The position numbers and the translations under genes were made by a program. The notes beneath the pieces are model-generated. The model ran no database searches. It worked only from the letters and a program-made list of their open reading frames with translations, and had not been told where the DNA came from. This document shows, piece by piece, positions 8,823 to 16,473 of a stretch of 64,000 nt of DNA (positions are counted from its first letter, which is position 1; every line of letters starts with the position of its first letter). This DNA is from a virus (taxonomy: Duplodnaviria; Heunggongvirae; Uroviricota; Caudoviricetes), in the IMG/VR virus record IMGVR_UViG_2795385694_000001; one strand, given 5' to 3'.

Positions 8823-9418
8823 GGCGCACCCCTCAGAATTACAAGTGCAGCATCTGCAGACGCCTTAAGGGCCCGAGCATTGCAGTGGTTCTCTTGGTCG
8901 AGATAGTAAGGCTTTTCATCCATCACGGCAGACGCCGTCTTGACATCTGTCTCAGCGCGACTGATTGCCTCCGCTGTGCCATCGCGGTCGACCGAGTCTG
9001 CGTATAACGAAAGGAATGCGCTGCGCAGTTCATGGCGGGAATCTGAGTCTGGGAAAAGCTTCGCCAGCCGCGAGTAGTGGTATGCATTCTCGCGTAGCTT
9101 ATCGACTATCGGTGCCCTGCGTAATAGCTCTGTGCCCCAGTGTGATTCGATGTCGAGCTCATTTGGCAGGGTCACGGTTGCGAACTTCAGGACGTCATCT
9201 GAGTCAAGATCGACAGGCTGGTAGTTACCGTACTCTGCGCCTGGTTCGCCATTCATCAGCTTGGAATGCTGGGCGAGCGCACGCATAGCAAGGCGGTCAT
9301 CGCTAATCGACGTGCGGTCAAACCACCCGAACCAGCTGTTGTCATCCGCCCACATCCACCCGAAGAGAAGTGCGACGAAGGCGAATCCGACCAAGGTTCC
9401 AATGATCCCTGGCATCAT
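8816..9418 (-). CDS. membrane protein (N-terminal TM helix)
   Basis: MMPGIIGTLVGFAFVALLFGWMW hydrophobic N-terminus. Confidence 0.5.
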   Translation of the reverse strand: MMPGIIGTLVGFAFVALLFGWMWADDNSWFGWFDRTSISDDRLAMRALAQHSKLMNGEPGAEYGNYQPVDLDSDDVLKFATVTLPNELDIESHWGTELLRRAPIVDKLRENAYHYSRLAKLFPDSDSRHELRSAFLSLYADSVDRDGTAEAISRAETDVKTASAVMDEKPYYLDQENHCNARALKASADAALVILRGAPC

Positions 9419-10113
9419 GGCCGATCCTCCAAGCCCTGGATTATCTCGATGATCTGATCAAGCGCCACGGGCTTGTCGTCCCACGCGTCAAGACCGACGT
9501 GAATCTGATTGATACGTGCTGGTTTGTTGCGCAGCGCAGCACCACGCCGCTTGGCCTCCCGGCCACCGATACTCAGCTTCTCTGGGCTATGCGTGTGGCC
9601 ATGCAAGATGTAATGCCCATAATCAGGCAGGCGCCACTCGGGATAGCGATCCTCATCCGTGTGGTCGCCCGTGTACGGAAAATGTGACAGCATCGCGGTC
9701 ACGTGACCATCTCTCAGCGGAATTCGAACTTTCGCGGCCAACTGAACGCACTCGAACGGCGCAGGCCTGTCGGGTTGATCCTGGCCAAGATAGATGGGCA
9801 ACCACTTATGCGAGTCGCGGCGCAAAGGATGTGGGCCACAATGATTTCCCGGAATACCGCGCTTGCGGCCAGGGCGAGCACGCAGCCAATCCAGGGCCCT
9901 CAATTGCGCTGTCTTGGTGCCGGACGAAATGTCACCCAACACCCACACGACATCGTCAGGCGCAACCATGCTGTCCCAGTTACGGGCCAGCTGCGCGTCA
10001 TGAGAGTCGATCTCCGCGCCTACGTAGCGTGGTAGCACCCATCCACGAGTGCGTTCCCTGGCCACCTTCTCGTGGCCGATATGTAGGTCAGATGTGAACC
10101 ACACATTGCTCAT
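9415..10113 (-). CDS. calcineurin-like metallophosphoesterase
   Basis: Motifs DLHIGH, VLGDIS, GNHCG and HGHTHS match MPP family signatures. Confidence 0.75.
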   Translation of the reverse strand: MSNVWFTSDLHIGHEKVARERTRGWVLPRYVGAEIDSHDAQLARNWDSMVAPDDVVWVLGDISSGTKTAQLRALDWLRARPGRKRGIPGNHCGPHPLRRDSHKWLPIYLGQDQPDRPAPFECVQLAAKVRIPLRDGHVTAMLSHFPYTGDHTDEDRYPEWRLPDYGHYILHGHTHSPEKLSIGGREAKRRGAALRNKPARINQIHVGLDAWDDKPVALDQIIEIIQGLEDRP

Positions 10114-11153
10114 TCGATCACCTCAGTGAATGGCCCGAATCGCTCTTCGAGCAGACCCATGGAGCGCAAGGTGTACCACTCCTCGTCCCCAACCTTCGAC
10201 TTCCATGAACCTGAGACGAACTTGTACCGACGCCCTATTCGGCCATCTACAGGACTCCACACCGTTCCGTCTCTAGCCTCTTCACAATCCAGGCTCGGAA
10301 GTACACGGGGCTCAAGGATTTCGGTGTAGGGGGCATATGTGGGAGACGGGTTGCCGACAGCCCAAATGTCAGGACATTCGCGCCAGCGCCAGCCGTTCTG
10401 GTACTTCCATTCATCCCCGTCACGGTCCCGCCACCGCGATCCCTGCTCGTCTACCCCTAGACGGTCAACGACACGGGGTTTACGTCCGGTGGCGTCTTTG
10501 AATTTGACCCTCTGTTGATGGTCTGCCACGAAGTCGATTGCCGGTTCCTGTTGTGCCGTAACGTCAAAGTCAACCGAACTTTGACTTTCGTTGGACTTTC
10601 CCGGTTCCTGTTGTGCTGTTGGGTCGATTCGCTTGACCGGCCTGAACTGCTCAATGAACCGCTCGACAGGATCGTTGGCGCTGGACCATTCCCCGATCTC
10701 GTTCACCGAGGAACAGGTGTACAGGATTCGGTTTACGGTCTCTTCCCAATAGTCACGCTCCCGGAGCGCGCTATCTTCCGCCTTATCGAGGCGATCGATC
10801 TCCGCGTGTAGTTCATCGAGCGTCTTCCCTGTCGGGTCGTAGATGACAGGCCAAGAGTCTGCGTCGTCCGCATCGGTAGGTTCTTCTGCGAACAACTCCG
10901 AGTCGTACAGTGGCTTGTAGCTCCAATGGGGCGAGCCCCAGAATTTGTCTCGGTCGCCTTGGACCCGGATGGCTACAGCCTCCCCGTCTGGTCGTCGTGC
11001 GATGGTGCCAACAGGCGCACCCTCGGGGACGCTGTTAGCGGCAGCGATCATTGCGTCTACCTCGTAGAGGCCGATCACTTCATCGACATTGAACGATAGG
11101 TAGTCAGCCATCGCTTTCCTCTGCGCTTCAGACGGATTCAACACGTTCACCAA
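10110..11153 (-). CDS. hypothetical protein with internal TAQQEP repeat and a C-terminal SLDCxEARDGTVW domain
   Basis: ORF track; the C-terminal ~60 aa are paralogous to the C-terminus of the 37110..37577 product. Confidence 0.55.
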   Translation of the reverse strand: MVNVLNPSEAQRKAMADYLSFNVDEVIGLYEVDAMIAAANSVPEGAPVGTIARRPDGEAVAIRVQGDRDKFWGSPHWSYKPLYDSELFAEEPTDADDADSWPVIYDPTGKTLDELHAEIDRLDKAEDSALRERDYWEETVNRILYTCSSVNEIGEWSSANDPVERFIEQFRPVKRIDPTAQQEPGKSNESQSSVDFDVTAQQEPAIDFVADHQQRVKFKDATGRKPRVVDRLGVDEQGSRWRDRDGDEWKYQNGWRWRECPDIWAVGNPSPTYAPYTEILEPRVLPSLDCEEARDGTVWSPVDGRIGRRYKFVSGSWKSKVGDEEWYTLRSMGLLEERFGPFTEVIE

Positions 11154-11833
11154 CCAAACTCCTTTGGTACATAGACTTGGTTCTGCGGTCGGATGAAGTC
11201 CGAATCCGCTGGCGGTTGGTCAGATTCTGTGATGCGAATCAGCAGACGCCATCCACGTTCAGTAGCCTGCGACGCCTGGTGGATGTTCCACCAATCCCAT
11301 GAGTGCCAAACAGCCTCTTGCGCGACCAATTTCCGCAGGGTCGTGCAACCATCAATCCGGCGAGTTAATTCTGAGTAGAGCTGTTCGCCTTCGTCGTGCT
11401 TAATCGGCAGGTGCAGTAATCCATCAATGAACACAGTCGGGCAGTCGTTTCCAACGTGCAGCGTGTGGTAGCGCGGGTAATAGCCCTCAAGGGAACGGTA
11501 ATTCTGCAGCGGAAGGGACGGCGTGCCCCAATTCGCTGGGGTCACGGTCTCGTCTGCAGCGCTGTAGCGCGGCACACCATCGGTATGCCACCCGGGAATC
11601 GCAGGCCACCAACCAGGCATCAGCATAGAGACCTTAGTGTCCACGAAGATGTGCTTGTGGTCCCCCACAATTGGGGCTGACTGCAGGAGTCCGCGCAAGA
11701 GTGGACCTCCATAGAGCACAGCATTCGGCAGGCTCGCGCGGCGCAGGTTCGGTGTCCCCTCGATTAGCGCGTGGTCGGATTCCGCTCTGGGCCCGATCAC
11801 CACAGGGTTGCGGTTAAACCAGTAGGCGGTCAT
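11147..11833 (-). CDS. putative Fe(II)/2-oxoglutarate-dependent oxygenase (PhyH-like WHTD...H motif)
   Basis: GWHTDG then YHTLHVG motifs; start chosen at MTAYWF with ATGA overlap to Pth2. Confidence 0.4.
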   Translation of the reverse strand: MTAYWFNRNPVVIGPRAESDHALIEGTPNLRRASLPNAVLYGGPLLRGLLQSAPIVGDHKHIFVDTKVSMLMPGWWPAIPGWHTDGVPRYSAADETVTPANWGTPSLPLQNYRSLEGYYPRYHTLHVGNDCPTVFIDGLLHLPIKHDEGEQLYSELTRRIDGCTTLRKLVAQEAVWHSWDWWNIHQASQATERGWRLLIRITESDQPPADSDFIRPQNQVYVPKEFGW

Positions 11834-12183
11834 AGCAGTTTCAGCTCCCCTGTAATCGGCGCGAGTTCGTCGGCGGTCGCTGGGCCAATGGCACAACAGG
11901 TAGTTGTGAGCACGCCGTGGAACTCAGTCTGTCCGTTGTCGGTAATCAAAGAGTTCGGGATCCCGGCCTTAATTGCCTTATCCCACAGCTCAATCAGCGC
12001 ATCTTCACTCTCGACACGTACACATACCTTGGTGAAACTCCCCTGCAGCCACTCTTCAACGCGCGGATCCGAGAGGTATTCGAGCGTCGCAGCCAGCGAT
12101 GCATGTGCGCCCTGTGCGACCATCTTGCCTGCGCGCATACCAAGGTCTTTGCGCATGACGATCATTTGCTTCAGCTCACTCAT
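11830..12183 (-). CDS. pth2: peptidyl-tRNA hydrolase, PTH2 family
   Basis: KQMIVMRKDLGMRAGKMVAQGAHASL ... ITDNGQTEF...CAIGPATADELAPITGELKLL aligns along its length to archaeal/eukaryotic Pth2 (PTRH2). Confidence 0.85.
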   Translation of the reverse strand: MSELKQMIVMRKDLGMRAGKMVAQGAHASLAATLEYLSDPRVEEWLQGSFTKVCVRVESEDALIELWDKAIKAGIPNSLITDNGQTEFHGVLTTTCCAIGPATADELAPITGELKLL

Positions 12184-12299
12184 CGCCGTTCACTTCTCCC
12201 ATGGTCTGAGCGCCGTCATAGACGGTCACCGGGTCGTAGTCGCATGCCGAATCGCGGTACCCCTTGCCTGGGATCACCGGGTACTTCTCAAACCAGAAC

Positions 12300-12812
12300 T
12301 CACCGTGCAAGAGCGCACGGTCCAGTGTGTGGGTCGACGTGGTAACTGGCTGGTGGTGAACATAGCGGGCCGCTGTAGCCGAAATTGGTAACCGAGATCC
12401 CCGCGCGTTCTGCTCGCTTCATGCAATCCCAGGTACCGCGTGAATCCTTCAACGGGAAGGCGATACACGTATCGGCACCACGGTCGACCATCTCCTGGTT
12501 TCGCAGGTGCCCAGCGACCGGGCAATAGCGAGTACCGTTCTTCCACCGAACGGCATGAGTGCAGTGCTGGTCGCAGTCTCGGTACCAGTCCGCAGGAACG
12601 CCCTCGTTCATTACCGGAAGGCCCTTAGCCATCGCTTCGTCGGCCCACTGCGATGCGAACAGGTCAGCACCGCTCGGGCACTCCCCCTGCACCACAACGA
12701 GATCGCCCTGGCCGCGCTTCCCTGCAATCGCAAGCTGGGCATTCAGAGCGGAACGTACGAACTTACGGGACGGCCAGGCCCGACTACCTGTAACCAGAAC
12801 GCGGCGCGTCAT
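12300..12812 (-). CDS. SLOG/DUF2493 (YspA-like) protein; apparent frameshift near the 3' end
   Basis: VLVTGSRAW...VVQGECPSGADLFASQWA...PADW motifs; a coding-like frame continues to 12184. Confidence 0.6.
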   Translation of the reverse strand: MTRRVLVTGSRAWPSRKFVRSALNAQLAIAGKRGQGDLVVVQGECPSGADLFASQWADEAMAKGLPVMNEGVPADWYRDCDQHCTHAVRWKNGTRYCPVAGHLRNQEMVDRGADTCIAFPLKDSRGTWDCMKRAERAGISVTNFGYSGPLCSPPASYHVDPHTGPCALAR

Positions 12813-12979
12813 AGCAAGGCACCCACAACCGTCACCAATAGGCCGATCACCGCAACGACCATCGCAACCGGCAATAGTGTCAGCGGCAGGTCATAGACCA
12901 AACCCATGACGCACATTCCTGACGGAACCCCCACGAGTACGCCCGACCAGTATGGAACGAGAGGGTTCAATGCCCCCAC
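12809..12979 (-). CDS. small two-TM membrane protein
   Basis: Hydrophobic C-terminal half of the 12809..13219 ORF; GTG or ATG internal start; ATGA overlap with the downstream gene. Confidence 0.3.
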   Translation of the reverse strand: MGALNPLVPYWSGVLVGVPSGMCVMGLVYDLPLTLLPVAMVVAVIGLLVTVVGALL

Positions 12980-13073
12980 CTCAGCTCCATCAACACCGGG
13001 AAGATTAGGACCAGGATGACCACGAGCCCACCCATCGCCAGTGACACGTACCAAGCCCAATCGTCCAGGCGCT

Positions 13074-13373
13074 TCATAGCTTCTCCAGCTTGTAGGTTGA
13101 AAGAACTTTCCGGATCGCGCCTGGATAAGTCCACCCCTGTCCGGCCTCCTCTTCCACGGCGGCAATGAAGGCCTTCTCGACAGCCTCCTGCTCCTCAAGT
13201 GCCTGGTAAGTCTCAGCACGCTCTCCGAGCCATAGCGCGACCTCTCGGATTCGGTCCGTGCCTGGACTAGATGGGCCGGAAGAAATCCCGCGCCATATAA
13301 TGTCGCGCGCGAACAAAATCATTTCCGGCGTGACAGTCGGAATCCTCTCGAAGTCATAGGGATTCGATGTCAT
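13074..13373 (-). CDS. hypothetical protein
   Basis: ORF track; ATG 13373. Confidence 0.5.
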   Translation of the reverse strand: MTSNPYDFERIPTVTPEMILFARDIIWRGISSGPSSPGTDRIREVALWLGERAETYQALEEQEAVEKAFIAAVEEEAGQGWTYPGAIRKVLSTYKLEKL

Positions 13374-13484
13374 GCCTGACGCTCCATCTTGATGTTCTCA
13401 ATCAACTCCGCTACCGACGCTACGAAGTCAACCACGCTCAGGGCGACGATTGTGATGCTCAAGTACTTTCTGAATTCCTTCATA
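13372..13484 (-). CDS. 36-aa hydrophobic peptide
   Basis: MKEFRKYLSITIVALSVVDF...; preceded by an 11-aa leader ORF that starts in the ACCCACATGAACC motif. Confidence 0.25.
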
Positions 13485-13560
13485 TACCAATGCTATTGAG
13501 CGATTCGGGGTTCATGTGGGTACGAAAAATGCCCCCAGCTTTCGCTGAGGGCTCTTCGAG

Positions 13561-13631
13561 TAGTCCATGCGGGAATCAAACCCGCACCAACACCTTGAGA
13601 GGGTGGTGTGCTCTCACTACACCAATGGACC
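13561..13631 (-). tRNA. tRNA-Glu (anticodon CTC)
   Basis: Hand-folded cloverleaf: acceptor GGTCCAT/ATGGACT, T-arm GCGGG-TTTGATT-CCCGC, anticodon loop CTCTCAA. Confidence 0.6.
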
Positions 13632-13637
13632 TTAGGG

Positions 13638-13976
13638 CTATTGCTCAACCCACTTGCCGGATTCACGAACCTCTGTCTTGAGGTTAACCGGCCACATATC
13701 ACGCTCCACTTGGGCACGTTGTAGGTCTTCGCGGCCCACCTGACGTTTCACCCATAGCTGGAACTTTGGTGAGCTCACCATGCGCCTGAACGCGGCCTGC
13801 TTGTTCTGCAGCTGGCTACGCTCCTCGCGCGACTCACCCACCGCGCCAGAAGGCTCATGCGTAATCCGCACGCCCGTCTCGCGCTTGTTCTGGTTTTGAC
13901 CGCCTTTGCCCCCAGATCGGAATGTGTCCACACGACAATCCGAGAGGGTGACAGACAGTACCCGTTCTCTACTCAC
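13638..13976 (-). CDS. arfB: ArfB-like peptidyl-tRNA hydrolase (class I release-factor GGQ domain protein)
   Basis: FRSGGKGGQNQNKRETGVRITHEPSG ... ESREERSQLQNKQAAFRRM matches the GGQ catalytic domain of ArfB/ICT1 and RF1. Confidence 0.8.
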   Translation of the reverse strand: MSRERVLSVTLSDCRVDTFRSGGKGGQNQNKRETGVRITHEPSGAVGESREERSQLQNKQAAFRRMVSSPKFQLWVKRQVGREDLQRAQVERDMWPVNLKTEVRESGKWVEQ

Positions 13977-13977
13977 G

Positions 13978-14051
13978 TCAAGTCGACCGGATTTGAACCG
14001 GCGTCCCCCGCCGTGACAGGGCGGTGCTTTAGACCTCTAAGCTACGACTCG
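13978..14051 (-). tRNA. tRNA-Asp (GTC)
   Basis: Acceptor CGAGTCG/CGACTTG, D-stem GCTT/AAGC, anticodon arm CCGCC-CTGTCAC-GGCGG, T-arm GCCGG-TTCAAAT-CCGGT. Confidence 0.7.
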
Positions 14052-14302
14052 AAAGAACGTTTGCCCCCAGTGGTTTTCGAGGCCACTGGGGCAGGTACGA
14101 ACAACCTGAGCCAACTTTCTGGGAATCAAACCCTGGAGCTGCTTGGCCAAAACTCCCGTGGAGACGGTGCGAATTGAACGCGACCACACCAATCTTGCAA
14201 GGATCGGTCGCCACCTTGGAACATGCGCCCCCAAGGCCCCCGTTTTGACAAGACTGGGTCTGAACTTGGACGGTTACCTCAACGGAGCCGACAACCCTGT
14301 AG

Positions 14303-14376
14303 GGCCTCATCGAGGTCTCGAACCCCGCGCCTCTTCGTTACTAAGGAAGTGCTCTAGCCAGATGAGCTAATGAGGC
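14303..14376 (-). tRNA. tRNA, anticodon AGT (Thr?), with a C.C mismatch closing the anticodon stem
   Basis: Acceptor GCCTCAT/ATGAGGC, D-arm GCTC..GAGC, T-arm CGGGG-TTCGAGA-CCTCG. Confidence 0.55.
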
Positions 14377-14425
14377 CTGGTGCATAGGCGTTTTGAACAG
14401 GTGCCCTTGCAAGTGGCCTGTGGCG

Positions 14426-14493
14426 TACCCAGTCGAGGAATCGAACCCCGCTTGGCTGGATGTAAGCCAGCTTTCGTCCCAGACTAACCAGGC
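14426..14493 (-). tRNA. tRNA-Val (TAC), short D-arm
   Basis: Anticodon arm GCTGG-CTTACAT-CCAGC, T-arm CGGGG-TTCGATT-CCTCG, acceptor with G.U pairs; 68 nt. Confidence 0.5.
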
Positions 14494-14498
14494 ATGAG

Positions 14499-14573
14499 AA
14501 CGAGTGACCAGATTCGAACTGGCACGACCTGTTTGGAAGACAGGGATGCTAAACCGTTAAACATCACACTCGC
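14499..14573 (-). tRNA. tRNA-Gly (TCC)
   Basis: Acceptor GCGAGTG/CACTCGT, D-stem GATG/CATC, anticodon arm CCTGT-CTTCCAA-ACAGG, T-loop TTCGAAT. Confidence 0.7.
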
Positions 14574-14577
14574 ATGG

Positions 14578-14644
14578 AGCGGCAGAGGTGACTCGAACAC
14601 CCTTGCAGCGGCTTAGGAGGCCACGCACTTTCCGGAACTACCGC
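14578..14644 (-). tRNA. tRNA-Arg (CCT)?, degenerate D-arm
   Basis: Acceptor GCGGTAG/CTGCCGC, anticodon arm GTGGC-CTCCTAA-GCCGC, T-arm GGGTG-TTCGAGT-CACCT; only 67 nt. Confidence 0.45.
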
Positions 14645-14649
14645 TTGGT

Positions 14650-14719
14650 AGGTTCGCACAGAATTGAACTGTGATTGCCGACGTATCAGATCGGTGTCCT
14701 TACCGTTGGACGACGAACC
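14650..14719 (-). tRNA. tRNA-Ile (GAT)
   Basis: D-stem GTCC/GGAC, anticodon arm CCGAT-CTGATAC-GTCGG, T-arm CACAG-TTCAATT-CTGTG. Confidence 0.6.
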
Positions 14720-14721
14720 AG

Positions 14722-14793
14722 TGGGTCTGGTAGGACTCGAACCTACGTCTCCGACTTAAGAGGACGGAGCTAAACCATCTCAGCTACAAACCC
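14722..14793 (-). tRNA. tRNA-Lys (CTT)
   Basis: Acceptor GGGTTTG/CAGACCC, D-stem AGCT/AGCT, anticodon loop CTCTTAA, T-arm GTAGG-TTCGAGT-CCTAC. Confidence 0.65.
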
Positions 14794-14801
14794 ATTGTTG
14801 G

Positions 14802-14873
14802 TAGGGCGCAAGGGATTCGAACCCTCAACACGCGAGGTAAAAGCTCGGGGTGATTCCGTTTCACCAACGCCCA
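14802..14873 (-). tRNA. tRNA-Lys (TTT)
   Basis: D-stem GTGA/TCAC, anticodon arm CCGAG-CTTTTAC-CTCG, T-arm GAGGG-TTCGAAT-CCCTT. Confidence 0.6.
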
Positions 14874-14876
14874 ATA

Positions 14877-15047
14877 TCAATTCATTGCCGGAAACGCCTC
14901 CCACACATGCGGATAAGCAGCGCGGTATGCGTCGCGACTGGAGCGTGTAAGAATTGTCGTCGGCTTACACCCGACAACCACCAGCCCTTCCCTGCTCACC
15001 CTCTCCACCGCGAGCTCAGGAGTCATCCTCCTGCCGTACACAAACAT
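14877..15047 (-). CDS. small hypothetical protein embedded in the tRNA array
   Basis: The ORF 14877..15113 was trimmed to the first ATG that does not overlap the tRNA at 15085..15159; moderately GC3-rich. Confidence 0.3.
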   Translation of the reverse strand: MFVYGRRMTPELAVERVSREGLVVVGCKPTTILTRSSRDAYRAAYPHVWEAFPAMN

Positions 15048-15084
15048 CGTGCCGGTGGTCGTCTCGACATCGAATACTTTCACG

Positions 15085-15159
15085 TAGTCGGCGCGAGGAT
15101 CGAACTCGCACACACCGAGGTTTGAACTCGGCGGCTTTGCCAGGTTTGCCTAGCCGACC
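15085..15159 (-). tRNA. tRNA with anticodon CAA (Leu-type) but class I (short variable arm)
   Basis: Acceptor GGTCGGC/GCCGACT, anticodon arm CCGAG-TTCAAAC-CTCGG, T-arm GCGAG-TTCGATC-CTCGC. Confidence 0.5.
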
Positions 15160-15217
15160 ATGCTCAGCATTTAACCGACCCGAGGCGGTCGGCACCCGTG
15201 AGGGCTGTTTGAACCGG

Positions 15218-15291
15218 TACTCCAAGAGGGATTCGAACCCACAACCTCCAGGGTCTAAGCCTGTCGCCTCTGCCAGTTGGGCTATTGGAGC
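15218..15291 (-). tRNA. tRNA with anticodon TAG (reads CUA; Leu-type) but class I structure
   Basis: Acceptor GCTCCAA/TTGGAGT, anticodon loop CTTAGAC, T-arm GTGGG-TTCGAAT-CCCTC. Confidence 0.5.
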
Positions 15292-15348
15292 TTGGTGCCG
15301 ATATTGCCGCGTCGGCTTTACGGTGACTCCTACTCACCGAGCGCGTCG

Positions 15349-15420
15349 AGACGAGGGCCGGGATCGAACCGGCGTGGGTCAGGGTTGCAGCCTGCCAGCT
15401 AGCCACTCACTCACTTCGCC
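15349..15420 (-). tRNA. tRNA-Cys (GCA)?, D-arm unclear
   Basis: T-arm GCCGG-TTCGATC-CCGGC is perfect; anticodon arm CAGG-CTGCAAC-CCTG; acceptor has one A.C mismatch. Confidence 0.45.
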
Positions 15421-15428
15421 CTAAGCCG

Positions 15429-15593
15429 CTATTCTGCGGCGGGTGCTGCCTTCTTCGCGGGGGCCTTCTTGGCTACCGGCTTCTCTTCCACTGCGTAGTG
15501 GAAGTCCTCAAGGGCATCCATACGATCAATCAGGTCGTTTACCGCCTTGACGATGTCGATATGGGCGATGCCCGTGCGCAGCTTGTCAGTCAT
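15429..15593 (-). CDS. 54-aa protein with Lys/Ala-rich tail (MTDKLRTGIAHIDIVKAV...)
   Basis: ATG with AAAGG RBS at 6-nt spacing; lies between tRNAs; below the track cutoff. Confidence 0.4.
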   Translation of the reverse strand: MTDKLRTGIAHIDIVKAVNDLIDRMDALEDFHYAVEEKPVAKKAPAKKAAPAAE

Positions 15594-15616
15594 ATTGGCC
15601 TTTCGGTGTCTGTACG

Positions 15617-15687
15617 TCCCCGTGCGCGGAGTTGAACCGCGATAACCTCGGTCACAGCGAGGGGCTCTGCCATTGAGCTACACAAGG
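15617..15687 (-). tRNA. tRNA-His (GTG)
   Basis: Classic D-arm TAGCTCAATGGCAGAGC, anticodon arm CCTCG-CTGTGAC-CGAGG, T-arm CGCGG-TTCAACT-CCGCG. Confidence 0.7.
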
Positions 15688-15751
15688 TATGGCGCTGGCC
15701 AGAGCAGCATGGCATCTCTGTTCCTTCGGGCTTTGTACCGGCAGCGCTCAG

Positions 15752-15826
15752 ACCCGTTGACAGGATTCGAACCTGCATGCGTTGCGCCTTCGTAGGGCGG
15801 TGGGCGCTCCATTGCCCAACAACGGG
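15752..15826 (-). tRNA. tRNA-Arg (ACG)
   Basis: Acceptor CCCGTTG/CAACGGG, D-stem GGGC/GCCC, anticodon loop CTACGAA, T-arm GCAGG-TTCGAAT-CCTGT. Confidence 0.7.
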
Positions 15827-15905
15827 ATAGCCCGACTCTTTAACCTTCTCCGTGGGTTTCGGGACCAGACTAATTCTCCTGGGAGGTGCTGGCGAGCGGA
15901 CCCTG

Positions 15906-15980
15906 TGGCGGGTACCGGATTTGAACCGGTGGTCTCAAGGTTATGAGCCTTGCGAGATGGCCGAGCTTCTCTAACCCGCT
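15906..15980 (-). tRNA. tRNA-Met (CAT) (initiator, elongator or Ile-lysidine type not resolved)
   Basis: Anticodon arm CAAGG-CTCATAA-CCTTG is perfect; T-arm ACCGG-TTCAAAT-CCGGT. Confidence 0.65.
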
Positions 15981-16105
15981 ATGTATGGTGACTCATTCCG
16001 GCAGGACAGTTCGTCGCCTACCGTATCCGCGCGAGTCAACGCGACCTTTTACGTGGAGTGCCCAGCTTTTCACCAGTAGCTGTGGAACCTGGTTTCCCTT
16101 ACACG

Positions 16106-16179
16106 CCGACTCTCCCCGAATCGAACGGGGGCGCACCGGGCTTCAACCGGTCGCTCTTACCTAACTGAGCTAAGAGTCG
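16106..16179 (-). tRNA. tRNA-Phe (GAA)
   Basis: D-arm TAGCTCAGTTAGGTAAGAGC, anticodon arm ACCGG-TTGAAGC-CCGGT, T-arm CCCCG-TTCGATT-CGGGG, acceptor CGACTCT/AGAGTCG. Confidence 0.75.
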
Positions 16180-16473
16180 ATTGTTAGAGGCTGAGAGTAC
16201 ACCCGCTATCGAGAACCTTTCGCAGCATTATGGATTCGCTGCTTCTCCAGGCCATCCCTGACCTAGTTCTCACGCCTGGTCCGTTACCGTGAACCACTCG
16301 TTATGCCGAAAGCTACTCTGCGGCTTTCCCTTCGCGATGAGATGGCCGTCTCACTGCTGCAGTACTTGCCTACAAACCGCACTCACCTTGCGGGACTATT
16401 GTGCGGCCCAGATTCCCGAGGGTCTGGGATTAAGGCGCTTTTGCTCCTCGGCAGGGGAAGGACTTTTGCTTTT

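Noticed and set aside
12809-13219. 136-aa ORF with Arg-rich N-terminus
   Set aside because: It overlaps the better-supported gene 13074..13373 in another frame. Only the hydrophobic C-terminal part is kept as a possible small membrane protein.
14100-14200. T-loop-like strings GGGAATCAAACCC and GCGAATTGAACGC, initially taken for tRNA T-arms
   Set aside because: No matching 5' acceptor strands or D/anticodon arms could be paired. Left as unresolved structured RNA rather than called as tRNAs.
15590-15778. 62-aa - strand ORF from the six-frame track
   Set aside because: It overlaps tRNA-His (15617..15687) and tRNA-Arg (15752..15826). A better-supported small gene (15429..15593) uses a different frame.
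16150-16166. T-arm-like signature ACCGGGCTTCAACCGGT
   Set aside because: It is the anticodon arm (anticodon GAA) of tRNA-Phe 16106..16179, not a separate tRNA.
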